DNA of 64,000 nucleotides. Source: Bacilli bacterium. Lineage in GTDB: Bacteria > Bacillota_I > Bacilli_A > RFN20 > CAG-826. The notes beneath the pieces are model-generated. The model was not told the DNA's origin. It made no database searches and saw nothing but the letters and a program-made list of their open reading frames with translations. A program made the translations under genes and the position numbers. Where the stretch lies: the NCBI GenBank assembly GCA_024408075.1, contig JAKSVK010000003.1, positions 9,048 through 73,047 of the forward strand, in the 5' to 3' direction. Position 1 is the stretch's first letter. Every line of letters starts with the position of its first letter. Below are positions 17,614 through 26,531 of this stretch, piece by piece.

Positions 17614-18936
17614 ATGAGTAAAAAAGTCGTTGCAATTGTTGGAAGTCCAAACGTTGGTAAATCAACGATTTTTAATCGTCTTTTAGGTGATCGAAGAGCA
17701 ATAGTTGATGATGAACGTGGATTAACTAGAGATCGATTATATGCAAATGGATCTTGGCTTGGCAAAGACTTTGTCTTAATTGATACAGGTGGAATTGAAC
17801 TTGAAGATAAACCTTTCCAAGAACAAATTCGTATTCAAACAAATATTGCAATTGATGAAGCTGATATCATTGTTTTTGTTACTGATGTTAGACTTGGAGT
17901 AAGCAAAGATGACGAACTTGTTGCTAGAATTTTAAAGAAAAGTAAAAAACCAGTTATTCTTGCTGTAAATAAAGTTGATGACAAAACATTTTTACAAAAC
18001 ATATATGAATTTTATTCATTAGGACTTGGTGATCCTATTGCTGTTAGCGGAGTTCATGGAGTAGGTATTGGAGAAATACTTGAAAAAATTATTTCTAATA
18101 TTGAGACAGGAAAAGAAGAAGATAGTGATGAAGAAACTATTACATTTTCTCTTGTTGGAAGACCAAATGTAGGTAAATCAAGCTTAACAAATGCAATTTT
18201 AAATCAAGAGAGAGTTATTGTTTCTGATACAGCAGGGACTACTAGAGATTCTATAGATACTAACTTTGTTAGAGACGGTAAAAAATACTGTGTTATTGAT
18301 ACAGCTGGTCTTAAAAAACGTGGAAAAATTTATGAAGCAATTGATAAATATTCTGCAATTAGAGCTCTTAAAGCAATTGAACGAAGTGAAATTGTTTTAT
18401 TAACTATTGATGGAAATGCAGGAATAGTTGAACAAGATAAACACGTTATTGAATATGCTGTTTCACTTAATAAAGCAATTATTATCGTAGTTAATAAATG
18501 GGACCTAATTGATAAAGAAACAAATACAATGGCTTCTTTTACAAAAGAAATTAGGAAAGAATATAAGTTCTTAGAATACGCTCCAGTTGTTTATTTAAGT
18601 GCTTTAACTAAGAAAAGAATACAAACATTGTTTGAGGCCTTAGATATGGTTCATGTAGCATATCACACAAGAATTAAAACTTCTTTACTTAATCAAGTAA
18701 TGGAAGAAGCTCAAATTATGAACCAAGCTCCAGACTTTAATGGTGGAAGACTTAAAATTTATTATGCAAACCAGGTTTCAAGTGCACCTCCACACATAGT
18801 GTTGGTTGTAAATAATACTGATTATATGCACTTTTCTTATGAGCGATATTTAGAGAATAGATTACGTGAAACTTTTAATTTTAATGGCACCCCAATAAAG
18901 ATTTCTTTAAAAAATCATAGTAAAAAAGAAAAGTAG
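17614..18936 (+). CDS. der: Ribosome biogenesis GTPase Der (EngA), tandem GTPase domains
   Basis: Two G1 motifs GSPNVGKST and GRPNVGKSS, two DTGG/DTAG motifs, NKVD/NKWD, KH-like C-terminus. Confidence 0.96.
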   Translation: MSKKVVAIVGSPNVGKSTIFNRLLGDRRAIVDDERGLTRDRLYANGSWLGKDFVLIDTGGIELEDKPFQEQIRIQTNIAIDEADIIVFVTDVRLGVSKDDELVARILKKSKKPVILAVNKVDDKTFLQNIYEFYSLGLGDPIAVSGVHGVGIGEILEKIISNIETGKEEDSDEETITFSLVGRPNVGKSSLTNAILNQERVIVSDTAGTTRDSIDTNFVRDGKKYCVIDTAGLKKRGKIYEAIDKYSAIRALKAIERSEIVLLTIDGNAGIVEQDKHVIEYAVSLNKAIIIVVNKWDLIDKETNTMASFTKEIRKEYKFLEYAPVVYLSALTKKRIQTLFEALDMVHVAYHTRIKTSLLNQVMEEAQIMNQAPDFNGGRLKIYYANQVSSAPPHIVLVVNNTDYMHFSYERYLENRLRETFNFNGTPIKISLKNHSKKEK

Positions 18937-18967
18937 TAATAAAATAGTAGTGTAGGAGTTTAGAACA

Positions 18968-19252
18968 ATGGAAAAGCTAAATAAGAACGAAATCATTGAA
19001 TTGGTTGCCGAAAAAGCTCACTTATCTCATGTAGATGCAAAAGCAGCTATTGACGCGACGTTTGACCTCATTACAGATTCCTTACTTAAAGGAGAAAGTG
19101 TTAACATCAAGAATTTCTGTGTATTTGAATCCAAGATGAAAGCCGGAAGAAAAGGCACACACCCTAAGAAACATACAATAATAGAAATTAAACCAAAGAG
19201 AACAGTGGTTCTCCACTTATCAAAAGAGTTTAAAGCTAAATTAAACAAATAA
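18968..19252 (+). CDS. hup: HU-family DNA-binding protein
   Basis: 94 aa. N-terminal NKNEIIELVAEKAHLS...AKAAIDA helix pair and a beta-arm region (GRKGTHPKKHTIIEIKPKR) typical of the HU/IHF fold. Confidence 0.85.
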   Translation: MEKLNKNEIIELVAEKAHLSHVDAKAAIDATFDLITDSLLKGESVNIKNFCVFESKMKAGRKGTHPKKHTIIEIKPKRTVVLHLSKEFKAKLNK

Positions 19253-19262
19253 AAAAAGATAA

Positions 19263-19292
19263 AGCCAAGTTTGAATTACTTGGTTTTTATTT
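19263..19292 (+). terminator. Intrinsic terminator after hup
   Basis: Hairpin CCAAGT-TTGAATT-ACTTGG followed by TTTTTATTTT. Confidence 0.6.
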
Positions 19293-19314
19293 TGCCTATT
19301 AATATAATTTGATT

Positions 19315-19968
19315 ATGTCTGTTAATAAAATTAAAACCTTTATATCCCTTTGTGAACTGTTTGAACAAAATGGTTTTAATTTATATTTAGTTGGAGGCTC
19401 AACTAGAGATTATCTTTTAGGCAAAGAATTAACTGATATGGATGTAACAACTAATGCAACTCCTAATGAAATAAAAGTTTTTCTTAAAGACGGAGATTAT
19501 ACTTATGAGAAATATGGTAGTGTGAAAGTAAAATTCCAAGAAGTTAAATTCGACATCACAACTTTAAGAAAAGAAAGAAAATATAAAGATTCTCGTCATC
19601 CTGAAGAAATTGAGTTTACCAATAAGCTTGATGAAGACGTTAAAAGAAGAGACTTAACTGTTAACGCACTTTACTTAGATAAAGAGTTAAATGTAATTGA
19701 TTTAGTTAATGGACAAGAGGACTTAAAAAATAAAATTTTAAGATTTATCGGTAATCCAGAAACAAGAATTGTTGAGGATCCTTTACGTATTATTAGAATA
19801 TTAAGATTTTCTCTAGATTTAGGTTTTGAAATCGAAAACACTAGCAAAAACGCAATATTTTCTAAAATAAATTTAATAAATAAACTTAATCCTTCAAAAG
19901 TTGATAGTGAAATTAATAAATGCTCAAACAAAATAAATTTAATTAATTTATTAAAAGTGATAAAGTAA
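19315..19968 (+). CDS. Class II tRNA nucleotidyltransferase/poly(A) polymerase family protein, head-and-neck only (short form)
   Basis: Motifs LVGGSTRDYLLGKELTDMDV, KRRDLTVNAL, DLKNKILRFIG, EDPLRIIRILRF. Only 217 aa (about 390-400 expected for a Bacillus CCA enzyme). Confidence 0.75.
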   Translation: MSVNKIKTFISLCELFEQNGFNLYLVGGSTRDYLLGKELTDMDVTTNATPNEIKVFLKDGDYTYEKYGSVKVKFQEVKFDITTLRKERKYKDSRHPEEIEFTNKLDEDVKRRDLTVNALYLDKELNVIDLVNGQEDLKNKILRFIGNPETRIVEDPLRIIRILRFSLDLGFEIENTSKNAIFSKINLINKLNPSKVDSEINKCSNKINLINLLKVIK

Positions 19969-19973
19969 GAGCC

Positions 19974-20624
19974 ATGATTAGTGAAGCAATTGATTTTAAA
20001 TTTTTATTAATTGAGAATTATCGCAAACTCAAAATTAAAGAAAATGAGTTAGCTACAATTTTTGTTATTGATCACTTAATTTCACAAGGCAATAAATTTG
20101 TCACTGCTGATTTATTAGCTTTAAAAATGAATTTAGATATCAAAGATATTGATAAGATATTAGCAAACCTAATTACAAAAGGATATTTTGAATATAAAAC
20201 AAGAAATAAAAAGACTGTTGGTTCATTAGATCCACTTAAAAAGAAGCTATACAAAGAATTTCAAATGAATCTTAATCGTGAAGAGGAAGAAGAATCTTCT
20301 GAACAGTTTAAAAATGATATCGAAAAAGCAAATTCAACTTTTGAAGAACTTTTAGAAAGATCACTTTCACCAGTAGAAAAAACAAGAATTCATGAATGGA
20401 TTAGTAGTGGATATACCGCCGATAAAGTAATTGATGCTTTAAAAGAAGCTTTAAATAATGGCAAAAAATCTATTAGAAGTGTTGAAAAAGTTTTATTTAC
20501 CTGGGCTCAAAGCGACGACTTAATGAGTGATGGACATACTTCTTTAAGTAGTGAATGGGATAAAAATTTAGAAGAAACTATAAAAATAGCTAAAACTCCT
20601 TGGATTAAAAAACCAAATGATTAA
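19974..20624 (+). CDS. dnaD: DnaD-domain replication initiation/membrane attachment protein
   Basis: N-terminal winged-helix-like region, C-terminal DnaB_2/DnaD repeat (SPVEKTRIHEWISSGYTADKVIDALKEAL...IRSVEKVLFTW). Upstream of nth as in B. subtilis. Confidence 0.7.
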   Translation: MISEAIDFKFLLIENYRKLKIKENELATIFVIDHLISQGNKFVTADLLALKMNLDIKDIDKILANLITKGYFEYKTRNKKTVGSLDPLKKKLYKEFQMNLNREEEEESSEQFKNDIEKANSTFEELLERSLSPVEKTRIHEWISSGYTADKVIDALKEALNNGKKSIRSVEKVLFTWAQSDDLMSDGHTSLSSEWDKNLEETIKIAKTPWIKKPND

Positions 20625-21240
20625 TAAAAAAGATATTAAAGAAATTACAACTTATATAGACTCACTTTTTCCAAATGCAAAATGTGAGCTTTTTTATAAT
20701 AAAGATTATGAACTTGCTATTGCTGTAATGTTATCTGCTCAAACTACTGATAAAGCAGTGAATAATGTTACAAAAGTATTATTTAATAAATTTCCAACAT
20801 TAGAATCTATAGATAATGCTCCACTAAAAGATATTGAAGAGGCAATAAAATCGCTTGGTTTATATGCTAGAAAATCAATAAATATAAAGGGTATTGCTCA
20901 TAAAATTATCGAATCATATAATGGAAAACTTCCTTCTGATAAAGATGAACTACAAAGTTTGCCTGGAATAGGAAACAAAAGTGCTGGTGTAATTCGATGT
21001 GAGGTTTTTAAGATACCAGATCTTCCAGTTGATACTCATATAATACGAATTACAAATAGACTAGGTATAGCTAATAAGAATGACTCTTCGTTTGATATTG
21101 AGCAAAAACTTAAGAAATTAATACCTGAAAAGGATTGGATTAAATCACATCATCAATTTATCCATTTTGGACGTTACTTTTGTACAGCAAAAAATCCTTG
21201 TTGCAAGGAATGCGCATTGAAAAAATATTGCAATAATTAA
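20617..21240 (+). CDS. nth: Endonuclease III
   Basis: HhH-GPD motif LPGIGNKSAGV, catalytic D in VDTHIIR, C-terminal 4Fe-4S cysteines CTAKNPCCKECALKKYC. Confidence 0.93.
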   Translation: MINKKDIKEITTYIDSLFPNAKCELFYNKDYELAIAVMLSAQTTDKAVNNVTKVLFNKFPTLESIDNAPLKDIEEAIKSLGLYARKSINIKGIAHKIIESYNGKLPSDKDELQSLPGIGNKSAGVIRCEVFKIPDLPVDTHIIRITNRLGIANKNDSSFDIEQKLKKLIPEKDWIKSHHQFIHFGRYFCTAKNPCCKECALKKYCNN

Positions 21241-21827
21241 AAATATTTTTTATCAACAATTTTTATATAATCTAAATACGGATTGTAAGTTAATTTAATC
21301 TCTTCGCAATTTTTAACAAAGAAATCGTATGGAATGGATTTACGATTATTTTTAGAAATAAAATCAATTACATCTTTTGCTTCAACAAAGAATATTTTTT
21401 CATGAGCTTTAAATTGAATAATGAAAAATGCAATTCCGTTTTGTAATATGACTTCTTTTAAGTGTTCGATCTGATGTTTAGTAATATTATTTAAAGGAAA
21501 AGCAGTGGAGTTTTGCGTACTTTTTGCTTCAAAATCCAAATATTTTGATTTATATAATCCGTTATAATCTGTTGTGGATTTCTCTTCAAAAAATGCTTGA
21601 GTGATTCTTGCTCCTTTTGTGTAATCCACTTTTAAAACATTTATTGGCACTGGTCTTTTTTTGACTAGGCATATATGTTTTAATTGATAATATTCATTGC
21701 TTTGATTGATTAAATGTTCAAGCTCCATTCCACGGTTGGCGCTTGAAATTGATAATTCAGTAGAGGTTAAATGTTTCTTTCGCTTTTTATTCCCATAATA
21801 AGTCATCCCGTTTGGATACCTTATCAT
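21237..21827 (-). CDS. recU: Holliday junction resolvase RecU
   Basis: IRYPNG N-terminus, NRGMELEHLIN, DYNGLY...LDFEAKST catalytic region. Its stop overlaps the nth stop (convergent). Confidence 0.9.
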   Translation of the reverse strand: MIRYPNGMTYYGNKKRKKHLTSTELSISSANRGMELEHLINQSNEYYQLKHICLVKKRPVPINVLKVDYTKGARITQAFFEEKSTTDYNGLYKSKYLDFEAKSTQNSTAFPLNNITKHQIEHLKEVILQNGIAFFIIQFKAHEKIFFVEAKDVIDFISKNNRKSIPYDFFVKNCEEIKLTYNPYLDYIKIVDKKYF

Positions 21828-22549
21828 TCAAGATCCTCCATTGAAAACTTTTTAAAGTCATCTGGATCAACTGTTTGACCGCTATTTAGTTTTTCCATAA
21901 CTTTTGAAATAGGGTCAGGCAAATGTTTTGTATTGTATAAAGTTCTTAAATAGTTTTCTAATAAGACATCTTTTCTATCTAACATTGCCTCATAAAGTCT
22001 CATAAGATTAATAGCATCGAATTTTGGATTATGAGCTTCCCCCTCAAATCCAATTTCGAACAGTTGACAATAAGCCTCAAGAGATAGTGGATTATTGCTA
22101 TTATCTTTAATAAAACTAGAGATTATTGATTGAAAATCAATATAATTATGATGAATTACAGATGTTATTTCTTTTGGTGAATCTAAATTGTACATAATCG
22201 ATTGATTTAATATTCTTAAGTCATTATTTCCAAAAGTAACAAATGCTGTTTTTTGAAAGTGCAAACCACAATAATGTTTAAGATTATTCATTGCAGTAGA
22301 AAAACTGATTCCTAATTTATCCAATAACTTTTGATCAATATGAGTTAAATTTTCAACATAATGGCCTATTTTATTTTTGGCTCTCACATAAAAAAGTATT
22401 GGGTTTTTGCTCTTTTTGATGTGTCCTTGTTTATCAATTGTACAAAGTACAGCTCCATAAGCAATCATCTCCCCAGTAAACTGGGTTCCTTCAAAATCTA
22501 GGAAACAAATGTGCTTTTTGCCTTTTAATAAACGAATGATTTTTTTCAT
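21824..22549 (-). CDS. DEDDh-type 3'-5' exonuclease domain protein
   Basis: Exo I FLDFEGT, Exo II FGNNDLRIL, Exo III HNPKFDAINL (H-x4-D). Its stop overlaps the recU start by 4 nt. Confidence 0.75.
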   Translation of the reverse strand: MKKIIRLLKGKKHICFLDFEGTQFTGEMIAYGAVLCTIDKQGHIKKSKNPILFYVRAKNKIGHYVENLTHIDQKLLDKLGISFSTAMNNLKHYCGLHFQKTAFVTFGNNDLRILNQSIMYNLDSPKEITSVIHHNYIDFQSIISSFIKDNSNNPLSLEAYCQLFEIGFEGEAHNPKFDAINLMRLYEAMLDRKDVLLENYLRTLYNTKHLPDPISKVMEKLNSGQTVDPDDFKKFSMEDLE

Positions 22550-22635
22550 GAAATAATCTTAATATTATGGCAAAGTTCTTTCAATATCTTTTGTACATAT
22601 GTGCGTAATAAATATGATAAAAATATAAAAAGTAG

Positions 22636-22663
22636 TTGTAATCACATTTTAATTTGTTATAAA
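22636..22663 (+). promoter_or_regulatory. Putative promoter TTGTAA-16 nt-(TGt)TATAAA, extended -10, for the acidic lipoprotein gene
   Basis: Hexamers at 22636-22641 and 22658-22663 with TG at 22655-22656. AAGGAGA SD at 22690-22696. Confidence 0.45.
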
Positions 22664-22704
22664 ATATCGCCAACTTTATACATTTACGAAAGGAGAAAAA
22701 GAAA

Positions 22705-25029
22705 ATGAAAAAGTTTACTAAAGTCTTACTTGCTTCATCTATGCTCGTTGGATTAGCTGCTTGTGGCAAGACAGACCCAGCTCCAGTAACAGTAACTTGG
22801 AGAACAACTGTTCAAAATTTCTTAACTGAAAACGGAATCAAAGATGCTGAGCTTCCAGATTTAAGTGATGACTGCTTTAAGAACATTAAAATTACCGCTT
22901 CAAAAGAACATGATGAATATGGTGATTATGTTGTTGTCGTTTTAGATACTGAAAAACCAAGTGAAATTGGCTGGTCAGCTCTAATTGATGTTGCTAATGC
23001 TGATGGATGGGTTGAAGTTGATGAAGACACTGAAGATTATGTTGAAGGTGGTACCAGTGGTTACTACTCTTTAACTTGTAGAAGCAATTTTAATGAAGAT
23101 GGTTTATATGCAACCGCCTCTATTTATGTTGCCGAAGAAGATTGTCCATACCTTGATCCTGATGAAGGAGACACACCATATTGTGAAATTTGGTATGAAA
23201 TTTTAGACGATAGTGTTTCTGCTGCTGAAGCAACCGAACTTATCGATGGTTTAACTGAATTCTATGGCGAAGAAGAATCATTAATAAAAGAAAGTGCTGA
23301 TTTAGCTAGTGTTTCACCTTATTGGACTATTGAAGCTGAATACGAAGATATGTCTGGTGTTGTTTGCGAACAAATTGCTGCTAATTACGGTGGTACTTAT
23401 GATGAATTTTATTCAATGCTTTTAGAATGTTCTTACTACGAAATGGATGTTCATGGAGAGACCGCTGAAGCCGCTATTAATGATTTATTTAATCACATTA
23501 AAAATGAATCTTCTTATGGATTAAAAGTTGATGAAGAAGTTACATATGATGAAGAAGATGATTCATATTATGCTCTCTTTGTTGATCAAAACGAGAGTTT
23601 ATGTGTTCAACTTTCTTCTTATGAATTCTTTGGAAGCATAACTGTTGAATTATTGGGATATGCAATTACAGAAGAAGCACTTCAACTTTCTAGCATTGAA
23701 CTTCATGCTAATGATTTCTCTGCACCATTTAATGAAAATTCTGAATTATGTGATGCAATGTTAGATGTTGTCAACGATAGTGACTATGACTTAGATTCAT
23801 CAATTGCAAAAGAATGGTTCTATGAATTAACAGGCACTATTGACAAAAACAATCAAGCTGTTGTTGCAGATTTTTATAACCAAATCTTTGATTTCACATT
23901 CAGAGTTGGCTATATGGGTGCTAGAACTGAATTCCCAGAAACTGAAATTAATGCATTATTTGCTGACTTTACAACAGAAATTCCTACATTAGATGGAAAG
24001 TTTGATGTTGAAAGGATTGAAGATGAAGATTTCGGCTCTGTTATTGCAGTTATTGGCTATGATAATGTTCCTTCAAGCAGTCCTGATTCTTTTGGCTCAA
24101 AATTGTTAAAACAATTTAAAGAAGCATCAGAAGATTGGGAAATCAATGAACAAGTTGATGAAGACGGAACAACTTATTTAATTAATTCTGTTGAAAGAAA
24201 AAATAATAAACAAATTAGAGTTCAACTCTCTTTCTATGATCTAATTCCTGAAGAAAGAGGATGGGGAGTCACAAAACCAGTAATGGAAGTTTACTTCTAT
24301 GCTGTTCCAGCTCCAAGCACTTTTAATGTTGAACATATTAAAGAATATTATAATGAATTAGGAATCGTTCTTGACGATGTCCCTGCATTAGATGGTGAAA
24401 TTTTCTATGAAGCTTTTGATGATGATGGCACACTTGTTTTCTATGCTAATAAAACAGGATTGCCAGAAGTCTTTGCAGCAAAATTAGAAGAATCTTCTTC
24501 TTGGGAAAATGTTGAATCACGAGTTGTATCAGGTCCTGATGGTGAAGACGTTACTATCTATACCGCCAATTCTGTTGCAAGAAGTGAAGCTGATGTATAT
24601 GGAATGAAATCTGCCGCATATTTTTACTTCTATGAACTTGATGGATATTTCAATCTCTTCTTTGATGTTATACCTGTTGAAAACAATACGGTTAATCCAA
24701 TTAACATTGCTTCGATTAATACAGCATTAAGCCAAGTTGGTAACCCTGTTCAATTTAACGCTGAAGCTCTTGAAAGTGTTGCAGAATTTACATATCTTGT
24801 AAGCGAAGCCGATCAATACGGCGGTACTGTGTTTACATTCTATACAACAACCGCAGGTGCTAATGCTTTATTAAATGCTATAGTTGATAAATCAATACTT
24901 TATGCTATGTACTTAGATGAATATGGAAGTATTCTTCTTTATACAGAAGATCTAGCATTCTACATGACAATTGAGGCTGTTGATTCCGATTTATGGTTTG
25001 TCACATTATTCGCCGATCCAGCTGAATAG
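22705..25029 (+). CDS. Large acidic lipoprotein of unknown function (774 aa)
   Basis: Signal peptide with lipobox LAAC-G. Very D/E/Y-rich mature part with no motif I recognise. Strong SD and its own terminator. Confidence 0.85.
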   Translation: MKKFTKVLLASSMLVGLAACGKTDPAPVTVTWRTTVQNFLTENGIKDAELPDLSDDCFKNIKITASKEHDEYGDYVVVVLDTEKPSEIGWSALIDVANADGWVEVDEDTEDYVEGGTSGYYSLTCRSNFNEDGLYATASIYVAEEDCPYLDPDEGDTPYCEIWYEILDDSVSAAEATELIDGLTEFYGEEESLIKESADLASVSPYWTIEAEYEDMSGVVCEQIAANYGGTYDEFYSMLLECSYYEMDVHGETAEAAINDLFNHIKNESSYGLKVDEEVTYDEEDDSYYALFVDQNESLCVQLSSYEFFGSITVELLGYAITEEALQLSSIELHANDFSAPFNENSELCDAMLDVVNDSDYDLDSSIAKEWFYELTGTIDKNNQAVVADFYNQIFDFTFRVGYMGARTEFPETEINALFADFTTEIPTLDGKFDVERIEDEDFGSVIAVIGYDNVPSSSPDSFGSKLLKQFKEASEDWEINEQVDEDGTTYLINSVERKNNKQIRVQLSFYDLIPEERGWGVTKPVMEVYFYAVPAPSTFNVEHIKEYYNELGIVLDDVPALDGEIFYEAFDDDGTLVFYANKTGLPEVFAAKLEESSSWENVESRVVSGPDGEDVTIYTANSVARSEADVYGMKSAAYFYFYELDGYFNLFFDVIPVENNTVNPINIASINTALSQVGNPVQFNAEALESVAEFTYLVSEADQYGGTVFTFYTTTAGANALLNAIVDKSILYAMYLDEYGSILLYTEDLAFYMTIEAVDSDLWFVTLFADPAE

Positions 25030-25063
25030 TTTGTAAAAATAATTAAATTTATTTAATTAAATT

Positions 25064-25096
25064 AAGTGGTATTCAAATGAATGCCACTTTTTTTAT
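25064..25096 (+). terminator. Intrinsic terminator after the acidic lipoprotein gene
   Basis: Hairpin GTGGTATTC-AAAT-GAATGCCAC (9 bp with one G-U) followed by TTTTTTTATTT. Confidence 0.7.
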
Positions 25097-25160
25097 TTAT
25101 CTATGCAAATTATTTTTCTTTTATAATGAAAAATATATCCCTTTGATAGATAATATAAGT

Positions 25161-25550
25161 ATGGGAAATAAATTACGTTTAAATAGTCAAAAGATTGCAA
25201 ATTTAGAATTTAATGTATCCCCTAAAGGTTATAATCCTCTTGAAGTTGATCAATTATTGGATGAAGTAATTAGTGATTATGAAGTTATTGAATCCAAAAT
25301 GGTTGTTTATGACAAAGAAGAAAATGCTTCAATGAATAACCAAATTGAGGAACTTAAAAAACAAGTTGTATCCTTGACTGTAGAACTTGAAAAAGAAAAG
25401 TCTAAATGGAAATACGTCAAAGGTAACACAGGAGTTTCTGAAGATAATTACGAACTATTAAAACGTATTGGAAAGCTTGAAAGAATTATTTTTGAAAAGC
25501 TTCATCTTAACCCAGAAGAAATTAAAACCTTCGATCCGGATGATTACTAG
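25161..25550 (+). CDS. gpsB: DivIVA-domain cell-cycle protein, GpsB-like (129 aa)
   Basis: N-terminal DivIVA motif LEFNVSPKGYNPLEVDQLLDEVISDYE and a C-terminal coiled coil. It lies immediately upstream of rnpB, as I recall for B. subtilis gpsB. The upstream ORF extension from 25077 spans the terminator and is rejected. Confidence 0.7.
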   Translation: MGNKLRLNSQKIANLEFNVSPKGYNPLEVDQLLDEVISDYEVIESKMVVYDKEENASMNNQIEELKKQVVSLTVELEKEKSKWKYVKGNTGVSEDNYELLKRIGKLERIIFEKLHLNPEEIKTFDPDDY

Positions 25551-25870
25551 TATTAACTAGAGGAAAGTCCATGCTCGCACAATCTGTGATGGTTGTAGTG
25601 ATTGCGCTAGCGGAAAAAATAACGCTAGGCACGTAGGAGTACGTGATGGCGGTAACTGACCTAAAAGGAAACTCATGGTAAGGAACCTGAAAGTGCCACA
25701 GTGACGGAGTTCATTTGAAAGAGTGAAGTGGAACGCGGCAAACCCCACAAGCGAGAAACCCAAATTTGGTAGGGGAGACTTGAAAAGAGAATCGAATCAA
25801 TTCAAGTAAGCACTGCTTAGATAAATTATCATCCTAGACAAAACATGGCTTACAGGGTCGAAGACTCACT
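25525..25870 (+). ncRNA. rnpB: RNase P RNA, Bacillus type B (ends approximate)
   Basis: Near-identical to remembered B. subtilis blocks: GAGGAAAGTCCATGCTCGCAC, GAAAGTGCCACAGTGACGGAG, AGTGGAACGCGGCAAACCCC, AGCGAGAAACCCAAATTTGGTAGGGGA, ACAAAACATGGCTTACAG. Closing helix CTTCGATCC (25529-25537) pairs with GGGTCGAAG (25855-25863). Confidence 0.93.
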
Positions 25871-25888
25871 ATAAGAAAGGAAAGAGTT

Positions 25889-26530
25889 ATGAATTTACCA
25901 ACAAAAATTACGGTTACAAGAATTGTATGTACAGTCTTAATGATTGTTACTTTATTTGTTCTTTATTTGTGTGGAGATCAAATTTCCACCCCAACATTAG
26001 GTAATAGTAAAATTAACCTAATTTTCTTGATTATTTTTGTCTTTTTTCTTATTGCTAGTTACACTGATCACTTGGATGGAAAGTTAGCTAGAAAAAATAA
26101 TCAAGTAACCTCACTTGGTAAATTCTTAGATCCAGTCGCAGATAAGCTTTTAGTATCATCAATGATGTTATTCCTTACTGCTCCTGGAATTCTCGCACCA
26201 TATGCTGTTGAACAAAACGTTAATATTTCAATCTGGTGCGTTATCATTATGATTGTTAGAGATGTCGCGATTGATGCGATTAGACAAATTGCTGCAGCTA
26301 AGGGTGCGGTTATTGCTGCCAACAAAGTTGGAAAACTTAAAACAGTACTTCAAATGGTAGCTATTTCTGCAGTATTACTCAATGATTTCCCGTTCCATTA
26401 CATATATGGAAATATTGACCCTAGATTAACTGTTTCTAGTTTTCTAGTTTATCTTGCCACAGCAGTTTCTGTAATTTCTTTGGTTTTCTATATTGTCCAA
26501 AATAGAAAAGTATTGGTGGATAAAAAATAA
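25889..26530 (+). CDS. pgsA: CDP-diacylglycerol--glycerol-3-phosphate 3-phosphatidyltransferase
   Basis: CDP-alcohol phosphatidyltransferase motif DHLDGKLARKNNQVTSLGKFLDPVADKL; multiple TMs. Confidence 0.92.
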   Translation: MNLPTKITVTRIVCTVLMIVTLFVLYLCGDQISTPTLGNSKINLIFLIIFVFFLIASYTDHLDGKLARKNNQVTSLGKFLDPVADKLLVSSMMLFLTAPGILAPYAVEQNVNISIWCVIIMIVRDVAIDAIRQIAAAKGAVIAANKVGKLKTVLQMVAISAVLLNDFPFHYIYGNIDPRLTVSSFLVYLATAVSVISLVFYIVQNRKVLVDKK

Positions 26531-26531
26531 T

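Noticed and set aside
21237-21240. Convergent nth and recU stop codons overlap by 4 nt with no terminator between them
   Set aside because: This is real in the sequence but a common consequence of genome compaction, with no additional signal to interpret.
25077-25160. N-terminal extension of the GpsB-like ORF, with analogous extensions at 26493, 32006, 32278, 41401, 42794, 56350, 57997 and 58744
   Set aside because: In each case the extension overlaps the upstream gene, a terminator or the SD itself. An internal ATG with proper SD spacing or stop/start coupling coincides with the start of family homology.
25557-25763. 68-aa minus-strand ORF
   Set aside because: It lies wholly within the RNase P RNA gene.
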